Below are positions 19,968-30,775 of a DNA stretch of 59,815 bases, piece after piece (the first letter of the stretch is position 1; each line of letters opens with the position of its first letter). Origin of the DNA: an uncultured bacterium (lineage in GTDB: Bacteria > Zixibacteria > MSB-5A5 > JAABVY01 > JAHJOQ01); the NCBI GenBank assembly GCA_965369655.1, contig CBDUQR010000014.1, positions 1 through 59,815 of the forward strand. Reading direction: 5' to 3'. The notes under the pieces were generated by a model. It was not told the DNA's origin, did not search any database, and saw nothing but the letters and a program-made list of their open reading frames with translations. The translations under genes were made by a program, and so were the position numbers.

Positions 19968-22679
19968 GTGGACTATGACATTCTCGTAGTAGGTGGTGGA
20001 ATTGCTGGCATGGAGTCCGCGCTAACTCTCGGCGACATGGGCTATTCCGTACTTCTGGTGGAGAAAGAGCCCACCATTGGCGGCAAGATGATCCTGTTGA
20101 GCAAGGTGTTTCCCACCCTTGACTGCGCTAGCTGCATCGCCACCCCCAAGATGGCTGCCACATTCCATCATCCACAGGTGACCACCTTGACCTACTCTGA
20201 GGTGGACGACATCCGCAAGACCCCGCAGGGCACCTTCCAGGTAAGCGTCAACAAGAAATCCACCTATGTCGACTTTAGCAAATGCACCGGCTGCCTGAAG
20301 TGTGAGTTTGCCTGTACGGTAGCAATACCTGACCAGTTTAACTTCGGAATGGTGGCCCGTCGGTCCGCATACATTCCATTTGCCCAGGCCGTTCCCAAGA
20401 AAGCGGTTATAGAAAAATACGGCTCGTCACCATGCAGTTTCGCATGCCCGGTGGGTATGAAACCTCATGGGTATGTCTCTCTCATCCGAAGCGGCCTATT
20501 CGAAGAGGCAATGGAGCATATCCTTAAATTCGTTCCCATCGCAGGGAGCCTGAGCCGCACTTGCCCCGCGCCATGCGAGAAGGAATGTGTACGGGGGGAA
20601 CTTGAAGCTGCTATTCCGATTAGGAAGCTTAAGCGATTCGCTGCAGACTACTACTACAATAAGTATTCTCAGCCCAAGTCCGGCCCCCCTGAGAAAAGAC
20701 TCGATAAGAAGGTAGCGGTGGTGGGCAGTGGCCCCGCTGGATTGACCGCGGCATACCATCTGGCCCAAAGCGGTTATCAGGTGACAATCTTCGAGGCCGA
20801 AAAAGAACCAGGCGGCATGTTGAGACTCACCATTCCATCGTATCGACTTCCCAGGGAGGTCGTAGAACGCGACATCAAAAATGTGACTGCTCTCGGTGTG
20901 GAAATTAAGACCGGACATCGTGTGGAGAGTCTGACTGGGCTCAAGAACAATGGGTTTGATGCGGTGTTCGTGGCTTGCGGAGCGATGCAGGACACAAAGA
21001 TGAAGGTCGAGGGAGAAGACTTGATGGGGGTGGTAGGTGCCGTTGATTTCCTCAAGGGCGTAAACAGGGGAGATAAGATCGATCTTACTGGCAAAACCGT
21101 GATGGTGGTTGGGGGGGGCAATGTTGCCATCGATTCTGCCAGGGTGGCTCGCCGCTTAGGTGCAAAGAAGGTCTTCGTCCAATATCGACGGAGTCGGGCC
21201 GAGATGCCCGCCTTCGAGGAGGAGATCGAGGATATGATCGAGGAGGGCATCGAGCTCCAGTATCTCAAGACACCGGTACGATTCATCGGAGAAAACGACA
21301 AGCTGGCTAAGGTGGAGTCAATCGACATGAAGCTCGGAGAGCCGGATGAAAGTGGCCGTAGGAGGCCCGTACCCGTAGAAGGCTCCGAGAGCAGTATGGA
21401 AGTGGATCTCTCCATCATGGCAATTGGCCAACGACCGGATCTCGCTACTCTCGTCGAAAACGATAAGCCGAAGCTAACGCGTTGGAATACGCTGGTGGTC
21501 GACTCGACCACGCTCGAGACGAGCATACCCGGCGTATTTGCCGGTGGTGATGTAGTTTCCGGGCCGGCTACTGTGGTGGAGGCAGCACACGCCGGAGCTC
21601 GCGCTGCCGAGTACATGAAGCGCTATCTGAGAGGAGAGCAACTGCCCGGGAAGCCTCTCAAACAACCTCTGCCTGTGATCGACAAGAAAGAAGTACTCGA
21701 GAGGCAGAAGGAGTATCGAAGCCTCCCCCCGACCGAGAGGAAGAAACTGCCTCCAGAGGAACGGGTGCGCGATTTCCGCGAGGTGGAGTTGCCGTTGACT
21801 GAAGACGAGGCCCGCTACAGCGCCGGCAGGTGCCTCGACTGTGGTGGTTGCTCGGAGTGCGGCCAGTGCGTCATCGCCTGCCCGGCCGATGCTATCGACA
21901 TGAGCATGCGCGATGAGAAGCAGAAGCTGGAAGTGGGATCAGTTGTGATCTCGACCGGTTTCGAACTTTTCGACCCAAGCCGCAAAGTCCAGTATGGATA
22001 CGACCGCTTGCCAAACGTAATTACCGCCATGGAGATGGACCGACTCCTCTCACCGACACGGCCGTACAACACTGTCCTCAGGCCGTCGGACGGGAAAATC
22101 CCCGATAACATCGCCTACGTTCTATGCACCGGCTCACGCGACTGCCAGGTGGGCAACGAACTCTGCTCGCGGGTATGCTGTATGTATTCCATAAAGCAAG
22201 CACAGCTTATTATGGGAGCTCTACCCCTGGCGGACGTGACCATTTACTACATTGATATACGTGCTTTCGGCAAGGAATTTGAGGAGTTCTATCAGCAGGC
22301 CAAGCAAATGGGCACTTACTTTGTCAAGGGCAAGGTGGCCAGGGTAGACCCGACCGAGAATGGAAACCTGATACTCCACCATGAAAACATCAACAGCGAT
22401 GGAAAGGTAGAGCGGACAGAGCACGACTTGGTGGTCCTCTCCGTGGGAATGCTGCCCAATCAAGAAGCCCTGAATCTCTTGTCCAGCGGCGAGCTCGAGG
22501 AAGACAGCCATCACTTTGTCAAAGAGGTAGATGAGGATCACAGCCCGGCTCGAACAAGCGTCGAGGGTGTGTATGTCGCGGGTTCGTCCTCCGCGGTGAT
22601 GGATATACCCGATACCATCTTGCATTCCGGGGCAGCCGCAGCGCTGGCTGCCGCCCACGTCGAAAGGGTAAAGACATGA
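19968..22679 (+). CDS. Large HdrA-like flavoprotein with inserted GltD-like NAD(P)H module (HdrL type)
   Basis: GGGIAG, KVFPTLDCASC, GSGPAG..IPSYRLP, GGGNVAID, CSRVCCMYSIK, several ferredoxin motifs. Confidence 0.88.
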   Translation: MDYDILVVGGGIAGMESALTLGDMGYSVLLVEKEPTIGGKMILLSKVFPTLDCASCIATPKMAATFHHPQVTTLTYSEVDDIRKTPQGTFQVSVNKKSTYVDFSKCTGCLKCEFACTVAIPDQFNFGMVARRSAYIPFAQAVPKKAVIEKYGSSPCSFACPVGMKPHGYVSLIRSGLFEEAMEHILKFVPIAGSLSRTCPAPCEKECVRGELEAAIPIRKLKRFAADYYYNKYSQPKSGPPEKRLDKKVAVVGSGPAGLTAAYHLAQSGYQVTIFEAEKEPGGMLRLTIPSYRLPREVVERDIKNVTALGVEIKTGHRVESLTGLKNNGFDAVFVACGAMQDTKMKVEGEDLMGVVGAVDFLKGVNRGDKIDLTGKTVMVVGGGNVAIDSARVARRLGAKKVFVQYRRSRAEMPAFEEEIEDMIEEGIELQYLKTPVRFIGENDKLAKVESIDMKLGEPDESGRRRPVPVEGSESSMEVDLSIMAIGQRPDLATLVENDKPKLTRWNTLVVDSTTLETSIPGVFAGGDVVSGPATVVEAAHAGARAAEYMKRYLRGEQLPGKPLKQPLPVIDKKEVLERQKEYRSLPPTERKKLPPEERVRDFREVELPLTEDEARYSAGRCLDCGGCSECGQCVIACPADAIDMSMRDEKQKLEVGSVVISTGFELFDPSRKVQYGYDRLPNVITAMEMDRLLSPTRPYNTVLRPSDGKIPDNIAYVLCTGSRDCQVGNELCSRVCCMYSIKQAQLIMGALPLADVTIYYIDIRAFGKEFEEFYQQAKQMGTYFVKGKVARVDPTENGNLILHHENINSDGKVERTEHDLVVLSVGMLPNQEALNLLSSGELEEDSHHFVKEVDEDHSPARTSVEGVYVAGSSSAVMDIPDTILHSGAAAALAAAHVERVKT

Positions 22680-24391
22680 ATGAGAGGAGAATAGGCGTCT
22701 ACATCTGCTACTGCGGCGGCAACATCTCCGACTACGTGGACTGCGAGCGCGTCCGGGATGTAACCGAGAATGAAAAGGGCGTAGTGGTAGCCAAAACCAC
22801 CATGTTCGCATGCTCCGATGCGGCCCAGCAGGAAATAATTGACGATATTCGGGAGCATAAGCTGGATGGTCTGGTAGTGGCATCGTGCTCACCGACGCTT
22901 CACTTGTTCACCTTCCGCGGCGTGGCCGAGAGGGCGGGACTCAATCCCTATTTGTACGTTCAGGTCAATATCAGGGAACAGTGTTCCTGGGCCCACACCA
23001 ATCTCCCTAAGCAGGCTACCGAGAAGGCAATTCATATGGTCAAAGCTGGCATCGCCAAAGCGCGTTTAACCAAGCCTCTGGAGAAGACCAGGATCGATAC
23101 AGTTCCCAGAGCGCTGGTGGTCGGGGCTGGGATCTCAGGGTTGCGCGCAGCCCTGGCGCTTTCTGACCTTGGCATTAGCGCCTTCGTGGCTGAAAAGACT
23201 GATCGCATCGGTGGCTGGGTTGCTGGATTTGGCAAGATGTACCCGCACGATCGTCTTGGAAGTGATCTGATTGAGGAACTTAGTGAGGAAATCAAGAAGA
23301 GAGAAAATATCCAAATCTACACAGAGGCAGAGATACTAAAGAAGTCCGGAAGCGTGGGAGACTTCGACGTGAAGGTCAAGGTCAAGAATGAGGAGGTTTC
23401 CCTGAACGTTGGCTCGATCATCGTGACCACAGGCTTCAACTCGTATCAGCCCGCCGAAGGCGAGTACGCGTACGGCACCGGTGGCGTGCTGACGCTGCCC
23501 GAGTTCAAGGAACTGCTCGACAGTTGCCAGGGCGAACTTGTCTACCAAGGCAAGTCTGTAAACGACGTGACCTATATCTACTGCGTAGGCAGCCGAGAGC
23601 AACCTGGAGAAAAAGCACACGAATACTGCTCGAGATACTGCTGCAACGCTGCCGTGCACGCATCCCTGGTCGCGAACGATCTATCACCCGGACTGCACCA
23701 GTTCCATCTCTTCAGAGACATTCGAACTTACGGAAAATACGAACTCCTTTATGGGGAAGCCCGCGAGAAGGGAGCAATATTCATCAAGTTCGACGAGAGC
23801 GCGCCTCCCCAAGTGGAGAAGAGCAACGGGCGATTCCAGGTTCAGGTCAAGGACGTCTTGACCTATGGTGAAGAGCTCGAAATAGAAAGTGACCTGGTTG
23901 TCCTGGTCACTGGTATGGAACCCCGCCCGAACCAAGCCCTGAACGATGTACTCAAGCTGCCGGTCTCGCTGGACGGTTTCTTCAAGGAGATCCATCCCAA
24001 GCTGCGACCGGTGGAGACAGTCATCGACGGAGTTTTCATCGCCGGCACGGCCCAGGCTCCCCGCAACTCCGCGGAGAGCGTTGCCTCGGCGTTGGCTGCC
24101 ACCTCCAAGAGTGCCTCCCTACTGAAAAAGGGCTACGTGGAGCTGGAGCCGCTGATCGCCATGGTCGACAAAGAAGCCTGTACTTGGTGCGACAAATGTA
24201 CCGAAGCCTGTCCCTACCCTGCCATTGAGAAAATTAGCCACGGAGGGAAAGAGATCGCCGAGATCAACGCGGCACTGTGCAAGGGGTGCGGATGTTGCGT
24301 GCCTGTCTGTCCTGAAAATGCACTGTACATCAAGGGTTACACGGATCAGCAGATACGAGCGATGATCGACGCTATGGAGGCCCTGGTATGA
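22676..24391 (+). CDS. hdrA: Heterodisulfide reductase subunit A family protein
   Basis: GVYICYCGGNI, NIREQCSWAH, GAGISG, CSRYCC, HPKLRPVE, C-terminal 2x[4Fe-4S]. Confidence 0.92.
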   Translation: MNERRIGVYICYCGGNISDYVDCERVRDVTENEKGVVVAKTTMFACSDAAQQEIIDDIREHKLDGLVVASCSPTLHLFTFRGVAERAGLNPYLYVQVNIREQCSWAHTNLPKQATEKAIHMVKAGIAKARLTKPLEKTRIDTVPRALVVGAGISGLRAALALSDLGISAFVAEKTDRIGGWVAGFGKMYPHDRLGSDLIEELSEEIKKRENIQIYTEAEILKKSGSVGDFDVKVKVKNEEVSLNVGSIIVTTGFNSYQPAEGEYAYGTGGVLTLPEFKELLDSCQGELVYQGKSVNDVTYIYCVGSREQPGEKAHEYCSRYCCNAAVHASLVANDLSPGLHQFHLFRDIRTYGKYELLYGEAREKGAIFIKFDESAPPQVEKSNGRFQVQVKDVLTYGEELEIESDLVVLVTGMEPRPNQALNDVLKLPVSLDGFFKEIHPKLRPVETVIDGVFIAGTAQAPRNSAESVASALAATSKSASLLKKGYVELEPLIAMVDKEACTWCDKCTEACPYPAIEKISHGGKEIAEINAALCKGCGCCVPVCPENALYIKGYTDQQIRAMIDAMEALV

Positions 24392-24630
24392 ATGACAAGG
24401 TACGAGATCCACGCGAGGTGATAAGAGAGGAAATGCTCATGCGTGACAGGGTGTTGGCCACTTTGCGCGACGGCCCCAAAACCGTGCCGGAAATCGCCGA
24501 GGCCATGGGTTCTCCTGTGCACGAGATAATGTACTGGGTTATGGCGGCCAGGAAGTACGGCTACATCGAGGAAATCAAGGAACCGAATGAAGACGACTAC
24601 TACCAGTATATGCTGGTGGAGAATAAATAG
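24388..24630 (+). CDS. Small winged-helix protein of the hdr cluster
   Basis: LRDGPKTVPEIAEAMG..VMAARKYG; ATGA overlap with hdrA. Confidence 0.7.
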   Translation: MNDKVRDPREVIREEMLMRDRVLATLRDGPKTVPEIAEAMGSPVHEIMYWVMAARKYGYIEEIKEPNEDDYYQYMLVENK

Positions 24631-24631
24631 A

Positions 24632-24946
24632 ATGGTGACAGCAATGGTGAAGGTGAACCCGGATTTCATAAAGAAGGTGACGACGTCAGGGGAGTTCAAT
24701 GCCACGGCCTGCATGAACTGCGGCATCTGCAGCGCCGTATGCCCCATGGAGATCGAGTTGCTTCCCCGCAAGCTCTTCAGATACGCCCTGCTGGGTCTGG
24801 AGGACAAGATACTCGAACACGAGCAGGTCATCTACCAGTGCCTGTTGTGCAAGATGTGCGAGGTGAACTGCACGGCTGACGTGCACATCGCCGAGAACGT
24901 AAGATTCTTGCGCAGCTACATCAGCAAAGAGGTATTCAAGCTTTAG
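24632..24946 (+). CDS. HdrC-like 4Fe-4S dicluster protein
   Basis: CMNCGICSAVCP and CLLCKMCEVNC. Confidence 0.88.
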   Translation: MVTAMVKVNPDFIKKVTTSGEFNATACMNCGICSAVCPMEIELLPRKLFRYALLGLEDKILEHEQVIYQCLLCKMCEVNCTADVHIAENVRFLRSYISKEVFKL

Positions 24947-24961
24947 CGAAGGAGAAACTTT

Positions 24962-25924
24962 ATGCCTCTTCCCACCGGCGACGTGATTGGACTCATGGTG
25001 GACAATCTCAAGAGAAGGGAAACTGTATTTCCTATCTCGCTTAGCAAGGCAATCAAGTGGGCCGAGGAACTCGATATCCCCGAAGGCGGCGAGACAGTAA
25101 TCTACACCGGTTCGATGTATCAGTTGCTGCCCTACATGGTTGCCGCGGTAAAGAATATGGGGCTCATAGAGGATTCTTTTCTCGGCAAATTCGTGTGTGT
25201 GGGCAGGTTCTTCAACAGGATGTTCAACGTATCGGCGTTCATCTCCAGGCCCTCGAGAACTAACGTGAAGCGCTACAGACAGATAATCCGCAACATCGCC
25301 ATGCTGCTGAAGCAGGCGGGAGTAGAGTTCGGCTACCTGTACAAGAAAGAGCTTTACGCCGGCGCTCTCGCATACGACTTGGGCGTGGACGATGTCTTTC
25401 GCATACAGGCCCAACGGGTCTACAACCTGCTGAAGGAGCACGGTGTCCGCTCCGTGATCACTATCGACCCTCACACCACGAATATGCTGCGCTCCGTGTA
25501 CCCGACCATCATCGATGGCTACGACATCGAGGTCAAAAGCTACCTGGAGGTCCTGGCTGCCAGCAATGGTCTTCAGCCGCTCCACAGCGTCGAAAAGGAA
25601 ATCACGGTCCACGACTCCTGTGTGTACTCGCGTTATGAAGGCGTCATCGAAGAGCCGAGACAGCTACTGAGGAGGGCGGGCTACACGGTAAAAGAGCCTG
25701 AGGATAACAGAGACCTGACCCATTGCTGCGGAGGACCCATAGAGTCGCTCTTCCCCAAGATGGCCCATCAAATCGGCGGGAAGAGGGTGCAGCAACTCAA
25801 GAATGCCAACGGGCAAAGCGTGGCCACCATGTGTCCAATCTGCATGGCCACCCTTGAAATGGCATCCGATGAGGAGTTGGAGATTGACGATATCTCCAGT
25901 TTTCTGGTGAAGGCTTTTTGTTAA
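24962..25924 (+). CDS. CCG-domain (Fe-S)-binding protein (HdrB/D-like)
   Basis: HDSC..SR, CCGG, CPIC; N-terminal CCG domain lacks cysteines. Confidence 0.85.
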   Translation: MPLPTGDVIGLMVDNLKRRETVFPISLSKAIKWAEELDIPEGGETVIYTGSMYQLLPYMVAAVKNMGLIEDSFLGKFVCVGRFFNRMFNVSAFISRPSRTNVKRYRQIIRNIAMLLKQAGVEFGYLYKKELYAGALAYDLGVDDVFRIQAQRVYNLLKEHGVRSVITIDPHTTNMLRSVYPTIIDGYDIEVKSYLEVLAASNGLQPLHSVEKEITVHDSCVYSRYEGVIEEPRQLLRRAGYTVKEPEDNRDLTHCCGGPIESLFPKMAHQIGGKRVQQLKNANGQSVATMCPICMATLEMASDEELEIDDISSFLVKAFC

Positions 25925-26079
25925 GCGTAAGAGAAACCCCGAAAGAAACGAAAGCGCCAAAAACAAGCGTAGTTAATCGTGACATGTGGCGACACCTAGC
26001 CGGTGACCGGAGAGCTGAAGGACAAGATGGCAGTAGGCATCATTGGGTCGGTCGGTTGATCGATGAGGAGGATGAGACC

Positions 26080-27315
26080 TTGTTAGATGAAGGAAAGTCG
26101 CTAGACGAGACCTGTACCCAGATGATCAGCGCCATGACCGACGCGGTGATCCTGGTCCACCCGGATGGGATGATCACCAAGGTAAACCAGGCGACCCTGT
26201 CTTTGTTGGACTACAATGAGGATGAAATCCTCTATTATCCGGCTCATAACATCCTGAGCGCCTCCCAAGACAAACAGTCCGAGTTATCCCCGGACGAGAT
26301 GATGGACAAGCACCTACTCGACGAGATACTGGCCAACATTGAGGGCTTTATGTTCCCCAGGGAAGGGGATCCGATACCCATCTCGCTGAGGAGCTCTTCT
26401 ATAAGAAACGATTCTGGCGAGGTGTCCGGAATCGTGCTGGTGGCCCGCGATCTCAGACCGACGAAGAAATTGATAGCAAAGGCAGCAGTGGCCGAGGCGG
26501 AACGGCATAAGCGCAAGGAACTGCAACAGGCCTATGACGAGCTCAAGCATCTGCAGGAGCAGCTAATCCAGAGCGAGAAGATGGTCTCCCTCGGCCAGAT
26601 CGCCGCCGGCGTGGCCCATGAGATCAACAACCCTATCAGCGGCATCATGGTCTACCTGCACATGCTTGCAAAGGATCTCGAGAACGACCAGTTCGATAGA
26701 AAGCAGGCTTTGACATTTCTCACCGACTCCAAGCATGAGCTCACCCGATGTTCCAAAATCATCAAGAGCCTGCTGGATTTTTCCCGCCAATCCCACCCGA
26801 TGCTCGCACCCGTAGATCTCGGCTATATTCTGAACGAGACCTTCAGCATGCTGGGTTACAAGGCAAAGCTGCAGGACATTGAGGTGGTCCAGCATATTGA
26901 CCCAGGACTTTCCCAGATCGAAGCGGACTCAGACCAACTGAAACAGGTTTTTCTCAATCTCATTCTCAACGCAATCCAGGCCATGCCCCATGGAGGTCAT
27001 CTGACCATCCACGCCACGCAGGTCAACGACAAGGAGGGGCTGACCAAAAACTCCAAGCCAGTGCGGATCGACATCGAGGATACGGGCTGCGGGATAGCCC
27101 AGGAGAACATGGGCAAACTGTTCACTCCATTCTTCACGACCAAGGAAAAGGGGGAAGGGGTCGGACTCGGCCTGGCCGTGGCATACGGAATCATCAAGCG
27201 CCACGGGGGCGATATCCGCGTAGTGAGTTCCAGAGGAAAGGGAACTACATTCAGCATCTTTCTGGGACACGAAGAGAAGCGGAAAAAGGAGGACGATAGT
27301 GGGGGTGCCCAATGA
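26080..27315 (+). CDS. PAS-domain sensor histidine kinase
   Basis: PAS (DAVILVHPDG..VNQA), AHEINNP, NLILNAIQA, DTGCG, FFTTK, GLGL; start set at TTG 26080 behind GAGGAG (ORF is open from 25918). Confidence 0.9.
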   Translation: MLDEGKSLDETCTQMISAMTDAVILVHPDGMITKVNQATLSLLDYNEDEILYYPAHNILSASQDKQSELSPDEMMDKHLLDEILANIEGFMFPREGDPIPISLRSSSIRNDSGEVSGIVLVARDLRPTKKLIAKAAVAEAERHKRKELQQAYDELKHLQEQLIQSEKMVSLGQIAAGVAHEINNPISGIMVYLHMLAKDLENDQFDRKQALTFLTDSKHELTRCSKIIKSLLDFSRQSHPMLAPVDLGYILNETFSMLGYKAKLQDIEVVQHIDPGLSQIEADSDQLKQVFLNLILNAIQAMPHGGHLTIHATQVNDKEGLTKNSKPVRIDIEDTGCGIAQENMGKLFTPFFTTKEKGEGVGLGLAVAYGIIKRHGGDIRVVSSRGKGTTFSIFLGHEEKRKKEDDSGGAQ

Positions 27316-28670
27316 AATCAGCGGTGCGGATCATGGTGGTGGACGACGAGAAGATCGTCCGCGAATCTCTCTCGGTGTGGCTTCGGAAGTTTGGTTACGA
27401 AGTCGTGCCGGTGGAAGGTGGTCAGGAGGCGCTGGATCTCCTGGATCGCGAGGAGTGGACTATCCTGCTCGTGGATCTGAAGATGCCCCGCATCGATGGA
27501 ATCGAGGTACTCCGCAAGGCGCTGGAGGTGAAACCGGACATTTCGGTCATCATCTTTACGGCGTATGCTACGGTTGAGACAGCGGTTGAGGCGATGAGGG
27601 TCGGTGCCTACGACTACCTTGTCAAGCCGATTGACCCCGACATGCTGACTTTGAAGGTGCAGAAAATCATCGAGAGGCAGGATCTTGAAGATGAAAATAT
27701 CATGCTGCGCGAGAAGATCGATGCCATCTACCAGTTCGACGAGATCATCGGTAACAGCAAATCCATACAGGATGTGCTAGAGATGGTCGGCTCGGTGGCC
27801 GCCAGCGATGCGACGGTGCTTATCACCGGCGAGAGCGGAACCGGCAAGGAGCTGATCGCCCAGGCCATCCACCGCAACAGCGAGCGCCGCTATAAACCGT
27901 TCGTGGCCGTCTCCATAGGGGCGTTGCCCGATACCATGGTAGAGAGTGAGCTGTTCGGACACGAGAAGGGCGCTTTCACCGGGGCAAGCCATGCACACAT
28001 GGGAAGGTTTGAGCTCGCCGACGGCGGCACGCTGTTTCTGGACGAGGTCGGCGATATGAGCCCCAAGGTGCAGGTCGACCTGCTGCGGGTGCTGGAGGAG
28101 AAGGCCTGCTACCGGTTGGGCGGCAATCGCAAGATACACATGGACGTGAGAGTAATCGCCGCAACGAATAAGGTCCTGAAGAAGAGCATTGAGGAAGGCA
28201 GCTTTCGCGAAGACCTCTACTACCGCCTCAACGTCGTCGGAATTCACCTGCCCCCACTGAGGGAGAGAAAAGATGACGTTCTCCTTCTCGCTGAGTACTT
28301 CCTGAAGAAGTTCTGCATGAAGATGAACAAAAAGAAGGAGGAATTCTCCCCCAGGGTGATCGAGATGTTATTGAGACACAAATGGCCCGGCAACATTCGC
28401 GAGTTGGAGAACGCTATTGAGAGAGCCGTAGTCGTGGGCAAGGGGCCGCTGGTTCAACCGCAGGATATGCCCTTCGGCGGCGGTCAGGAGCCCCCCAAAG
28501 AGAAAGCCGCAAAGAGCCTGAGGGAGGCGGAGAAGAAGCACATACTGCAAGTGCTGGACGAGACCGGCTGGAATGTCACCCGCTCCGCCCATCTGCTTGA
28601 GATCGACAGGGCCACGCTGTACAACAAGATCAAGAACTACGGCCTATCGAAGCCCAGGGACCGACGCTGA
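27312..28670 (+). CDS. sigma54-dependent response regulator (NtrC family)
   Basis: Receiver [32 protein letters not shown], Fis HTH. Confidence 0.96.
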   Translation: MKSAVRIMVVDDEKIVRESLSVWLRKFGYEVVPVEGGQEALDLLDREEWTILLVDLKMPRIDGIEVLRKALEVKPDISVIIFTAYATVETAVEAMRVGAYDYLVKPIDPDMLTLKVQKIIERQDLEDENIMLREKIDAIYQFDEIIGNSKSIQDVLEMVGSVAASDATVLITGESGTGKELIAQAIHRNSERRYKPFVAVSIGALPDTMVESELFGHEKGAFTGASHAHMGRFELADGGTLFLDEVGDMSPKVQVDLLRVLEEKACYRLGGNRKIHMDVRVIAATNKVLKKSIEEGSFREDLYYRLNVVGIHLPPLRERKDDVLLLAEYFLKKFCMKMNKKKEEFSPRVIEMLLRHKWPGNIRELENAIERAVVVGKGPLVQPQDMPFGGGQEPPKEKAAKSLREAEKKHILQVLDETGWNVTRSAHLLEIDRATLYNKIKNYGLSKPRDRR

Positions 28671-28686
28671 CAGAGCCGAGCCACTG

Positions 28687-29259
28687 ATGTCGCCGTGCGA
28701 ACCTCCGGGCAAGTTCTGCATCGTCTCCCTTGGAGATACTCCTGACGGTGCAGAGGAGAGAGCTCGCTCCGCCGTACGGTCCCGCTTCAAGCTCAATTGC
28801 GAAATCCTCTCCCCCGAGCCGCGGCCCGAATTTGCCCTGGATGCCTCACGGGATCAATACGACTCCCTGGAAATACTGGACTGGCTGGAGAGCAGGTTTC
28901 CCCGTCCTGACCAGTGGATCCTCGGTATCACTAACGTCGACCTGACCATTCCTGTGCTGACCTTCGTCTTCGGGCAGGCCAGGCTCGGGGGCCGCAGCTC
29001 GGTGATTTCCGCCTTCCGCCTGCGCGAGGAATTCCACGGGCGTCCAGCCGACACGATGGTGTTCCTGTCACGTGTGGAGAAGGAGGCCATCCACGAGGTG
29101 GGGCACATGCTGGGTCTTACCCACTGCTTGGACCGCAACTGTGTGATGTACCCCTCCAACAGCCTGGCTCAGACCGACGTGAAGTCGACCAGGCTCTGTT
29201 CTGAATGTCGCTCCAGCCTTCCTCCTTGGTGCTTGGCAGGGCCATCCGGTCCGGACTGA
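28687..29259 (+). CDS. Archaemetzincin (peptidase M54) Zn metalloprotease
   Basis: TFVFGQA, KEAIHEVGHMLGLTHC...CVM..S...D.K...LC..C. Confidence 0.9.
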   Translation: MSPCEPPGKFCIVSLGDTPDGAEERARSAVRSRFKLNCEILSPEPRPEFALDASRDQYDSLEILDWLESRFPRPDQWILGITNVDLTIPVLTFVFGQARLGGRSSVISAFRLREEFHGRPADTMVFLSRVEKEAIHEVGHMLGLTHCLDRNCVMYPSNSLAQTDVKSTRLCSECRSSLPPWCLAGPSGPD

Positions 29260-29389
29260 GCGGGTGTGTGAAAATCGCGACAGTACCGTAGAAAATTTCG
29301 GCAGTTAGCAATACCCGAACGCTTACAGGGTCACCCCCGTAGGGCTGTTTTCGCTTTGTTTCCAAGCGTTTACCTCTCTCACTGGACAG

Positions 29390-29405
29390 TGGCATGCCAA
29401 TTGCT
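29390..29405 (+). promoter_or_regulatory. sigma54 (-24/-12) promoter
   Basis: TGGCATGCCAATTGCT (GG-N10-GC) 44 nt before ATG 29449; enhancer-like TGTGTGAAAATCGCGACA at 29265..29282. Confidence 0.75.
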
Positions 29406-29448
29406 TGTTTCCATTGCAGATGCAAACGAAAGCCAAGAGGAGAAAGAC

Positions 29449-30750
29449 ATGTCACTGGTGACAATGAAGATCGACGGACACGAGGTCAAGGCAGAAGGTC
29501 GGGAGCCGATTCTGAAGCCAATACGGGATCTGGGCATTGATGTTCCCACCTTGTGCCACATGGACGGTCTGGAACCCTACGGCGTGTGCCGCATGTGCAT
29601 CGTAGAGGTAAGGCGTGGCAAGCGTACCAGGCTGGTGACATCATGTAACTTTCCGGCCGCTGAGGGACTCGAGATACGGACCGATACCGAAGATGTACTT
29701 CAACACCGCAGGCTGATGGCCGAGCTTCTCCTGGCCAGATGTCCCGAGGTCAAGAAGGTACAGGAGATCGCAGCCTCGCTGGGCGTGGAGAAGCCACGTT
29801 TCAAGACCGCCAGCCAGCCGAGCGACTGCGTGCTGTGCGGGTTGTGCGTTCGCGTATGCGACGAGATCGTGGGTGCATCAGCGCTGGGCTTTATCGGTCG
29901 TGGCAACCAGCGGGTGGTCGGGACTCCCTGGTACGTAGACCCCGATTCTTGCATCGCTTGCGGGGCCTGTACCTACGTGTGCCCAACGGGAGCTATGCAG
30001 ATGGAGGCGGTGACCAGGGAGCGGTGGCGGAAGGAACTCGGGGAAGGCCAGCGGCTCTGCCGGTATGCTCGCATGGGACTGGTCTCTCACAAAGTATGTC
30101 CCAACAACTTCGACTGCGCCACTTGCGAGGTAGACCAGCGCCTCTTCGACGAGTTCGGGACACATCCAATCCTGGCCTTAGCGCCCGGTCTACATCGGCA
30201 GCCTAAAAATGTCGGCCATTTCATCCTGATAGAAGACCGCACTTACTTCCAGGGGCATACCTGGGCGAAGATATTGAAAGAGCACACACGTGTGGGTCTG
30301 GACGACTTCGCCCAAAGACTCATCGGAGGCATCTCCAAAGCGGTGTTCAGAGCGGGACCGGGCGACGTGGTGCACCGCGGGGACCCAGCCGTGGACGTGT
30401 CCAGCAACGGGCATCGCGCTACCATGCTCTTCCCGATCCCGGGCAGGATCATCCACATTAATCCCGCCCTGGAGGACAATCCCTCGCTGATTAACGAGGA
30501 CTGCTATGACCGGGGCTGGCTCTACACGATAAAGCCAGTGGACCCTTATAAGGATAAGAGTAGTCTCATCGGCCCGGACGAAGCCGGCCAATGGATACAG
30601 GACGAGTCGGACTGCCTGTTCCGCGTCCTGACCGAATCCAGAAGCGCCGCATTGTCCGACGGTGGTGAGTTGTTACCGAACTTCTCCAGGAATCTTGAGA
30701 AGAAAGACTGGGAGCGGATTACTAAAAGATTCTTTTCAGAGGGCGAATAG
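29449..30750 (+). CDS. HydA/NuoG-N-like [2Fe-2S]+2[4Fe-4S] protein fused to a Cys motif and GcvH-like domain
   Basis: PTLC..GVCRMC..TSC; CVLCGLCVRVC; CIACGACTYVCP; HTWA..RVGLDDFAQ..PIPG..N..CYDRGWL; no H-cluster motifs. Confidence 0.85.
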   Translation: MSLVTMKIDGHEVKAEGREPILKPIRDLGIDVPTLCHMDGLEPYGVCRMCIVEVRRGKRTRLVTSCNFPAAEGLEIRTDTEDVLQHRRLMAELLLARCPEVKKVQEIAASLGVEKPRFKTASQPSDCVLCGLCVRVCDEIVGASALGFIGRGNQRVVGTPWYVDPDSCIACGACTYVCPTGAMQMEAVTRERWRKELGEGQRLCRYARMGLVSHKVCPNNFDCATCEVDQRLFDEFGTHPILALAPGLHRQPKNVGHFILIEDRTYFQGHTWAKILKEHTRVGLDDFAQRLIGGISKAVFRAGPGDVVHRGDPAVDVSSNGHRATMLFPIPGRIIHINPALEDNPSLINEDCYDRGWLYTIKPVDPYKDKSSLIGPDEAGQWIQDESDCLFRVLTESRSAALSDGGELLPNFSRNLEKKDWERITKRFFSEGE

Positions 30751-30775
30751 AGTTAAGCCGCTCAGGAGGTGAGTC

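Noticed and set aside
18807-25924. Selenocysteine read-through in DsrE, MvhD or Hdr genes
   Set aside because: The ORFs are full length and no TGA was seen at a conserved Cys position
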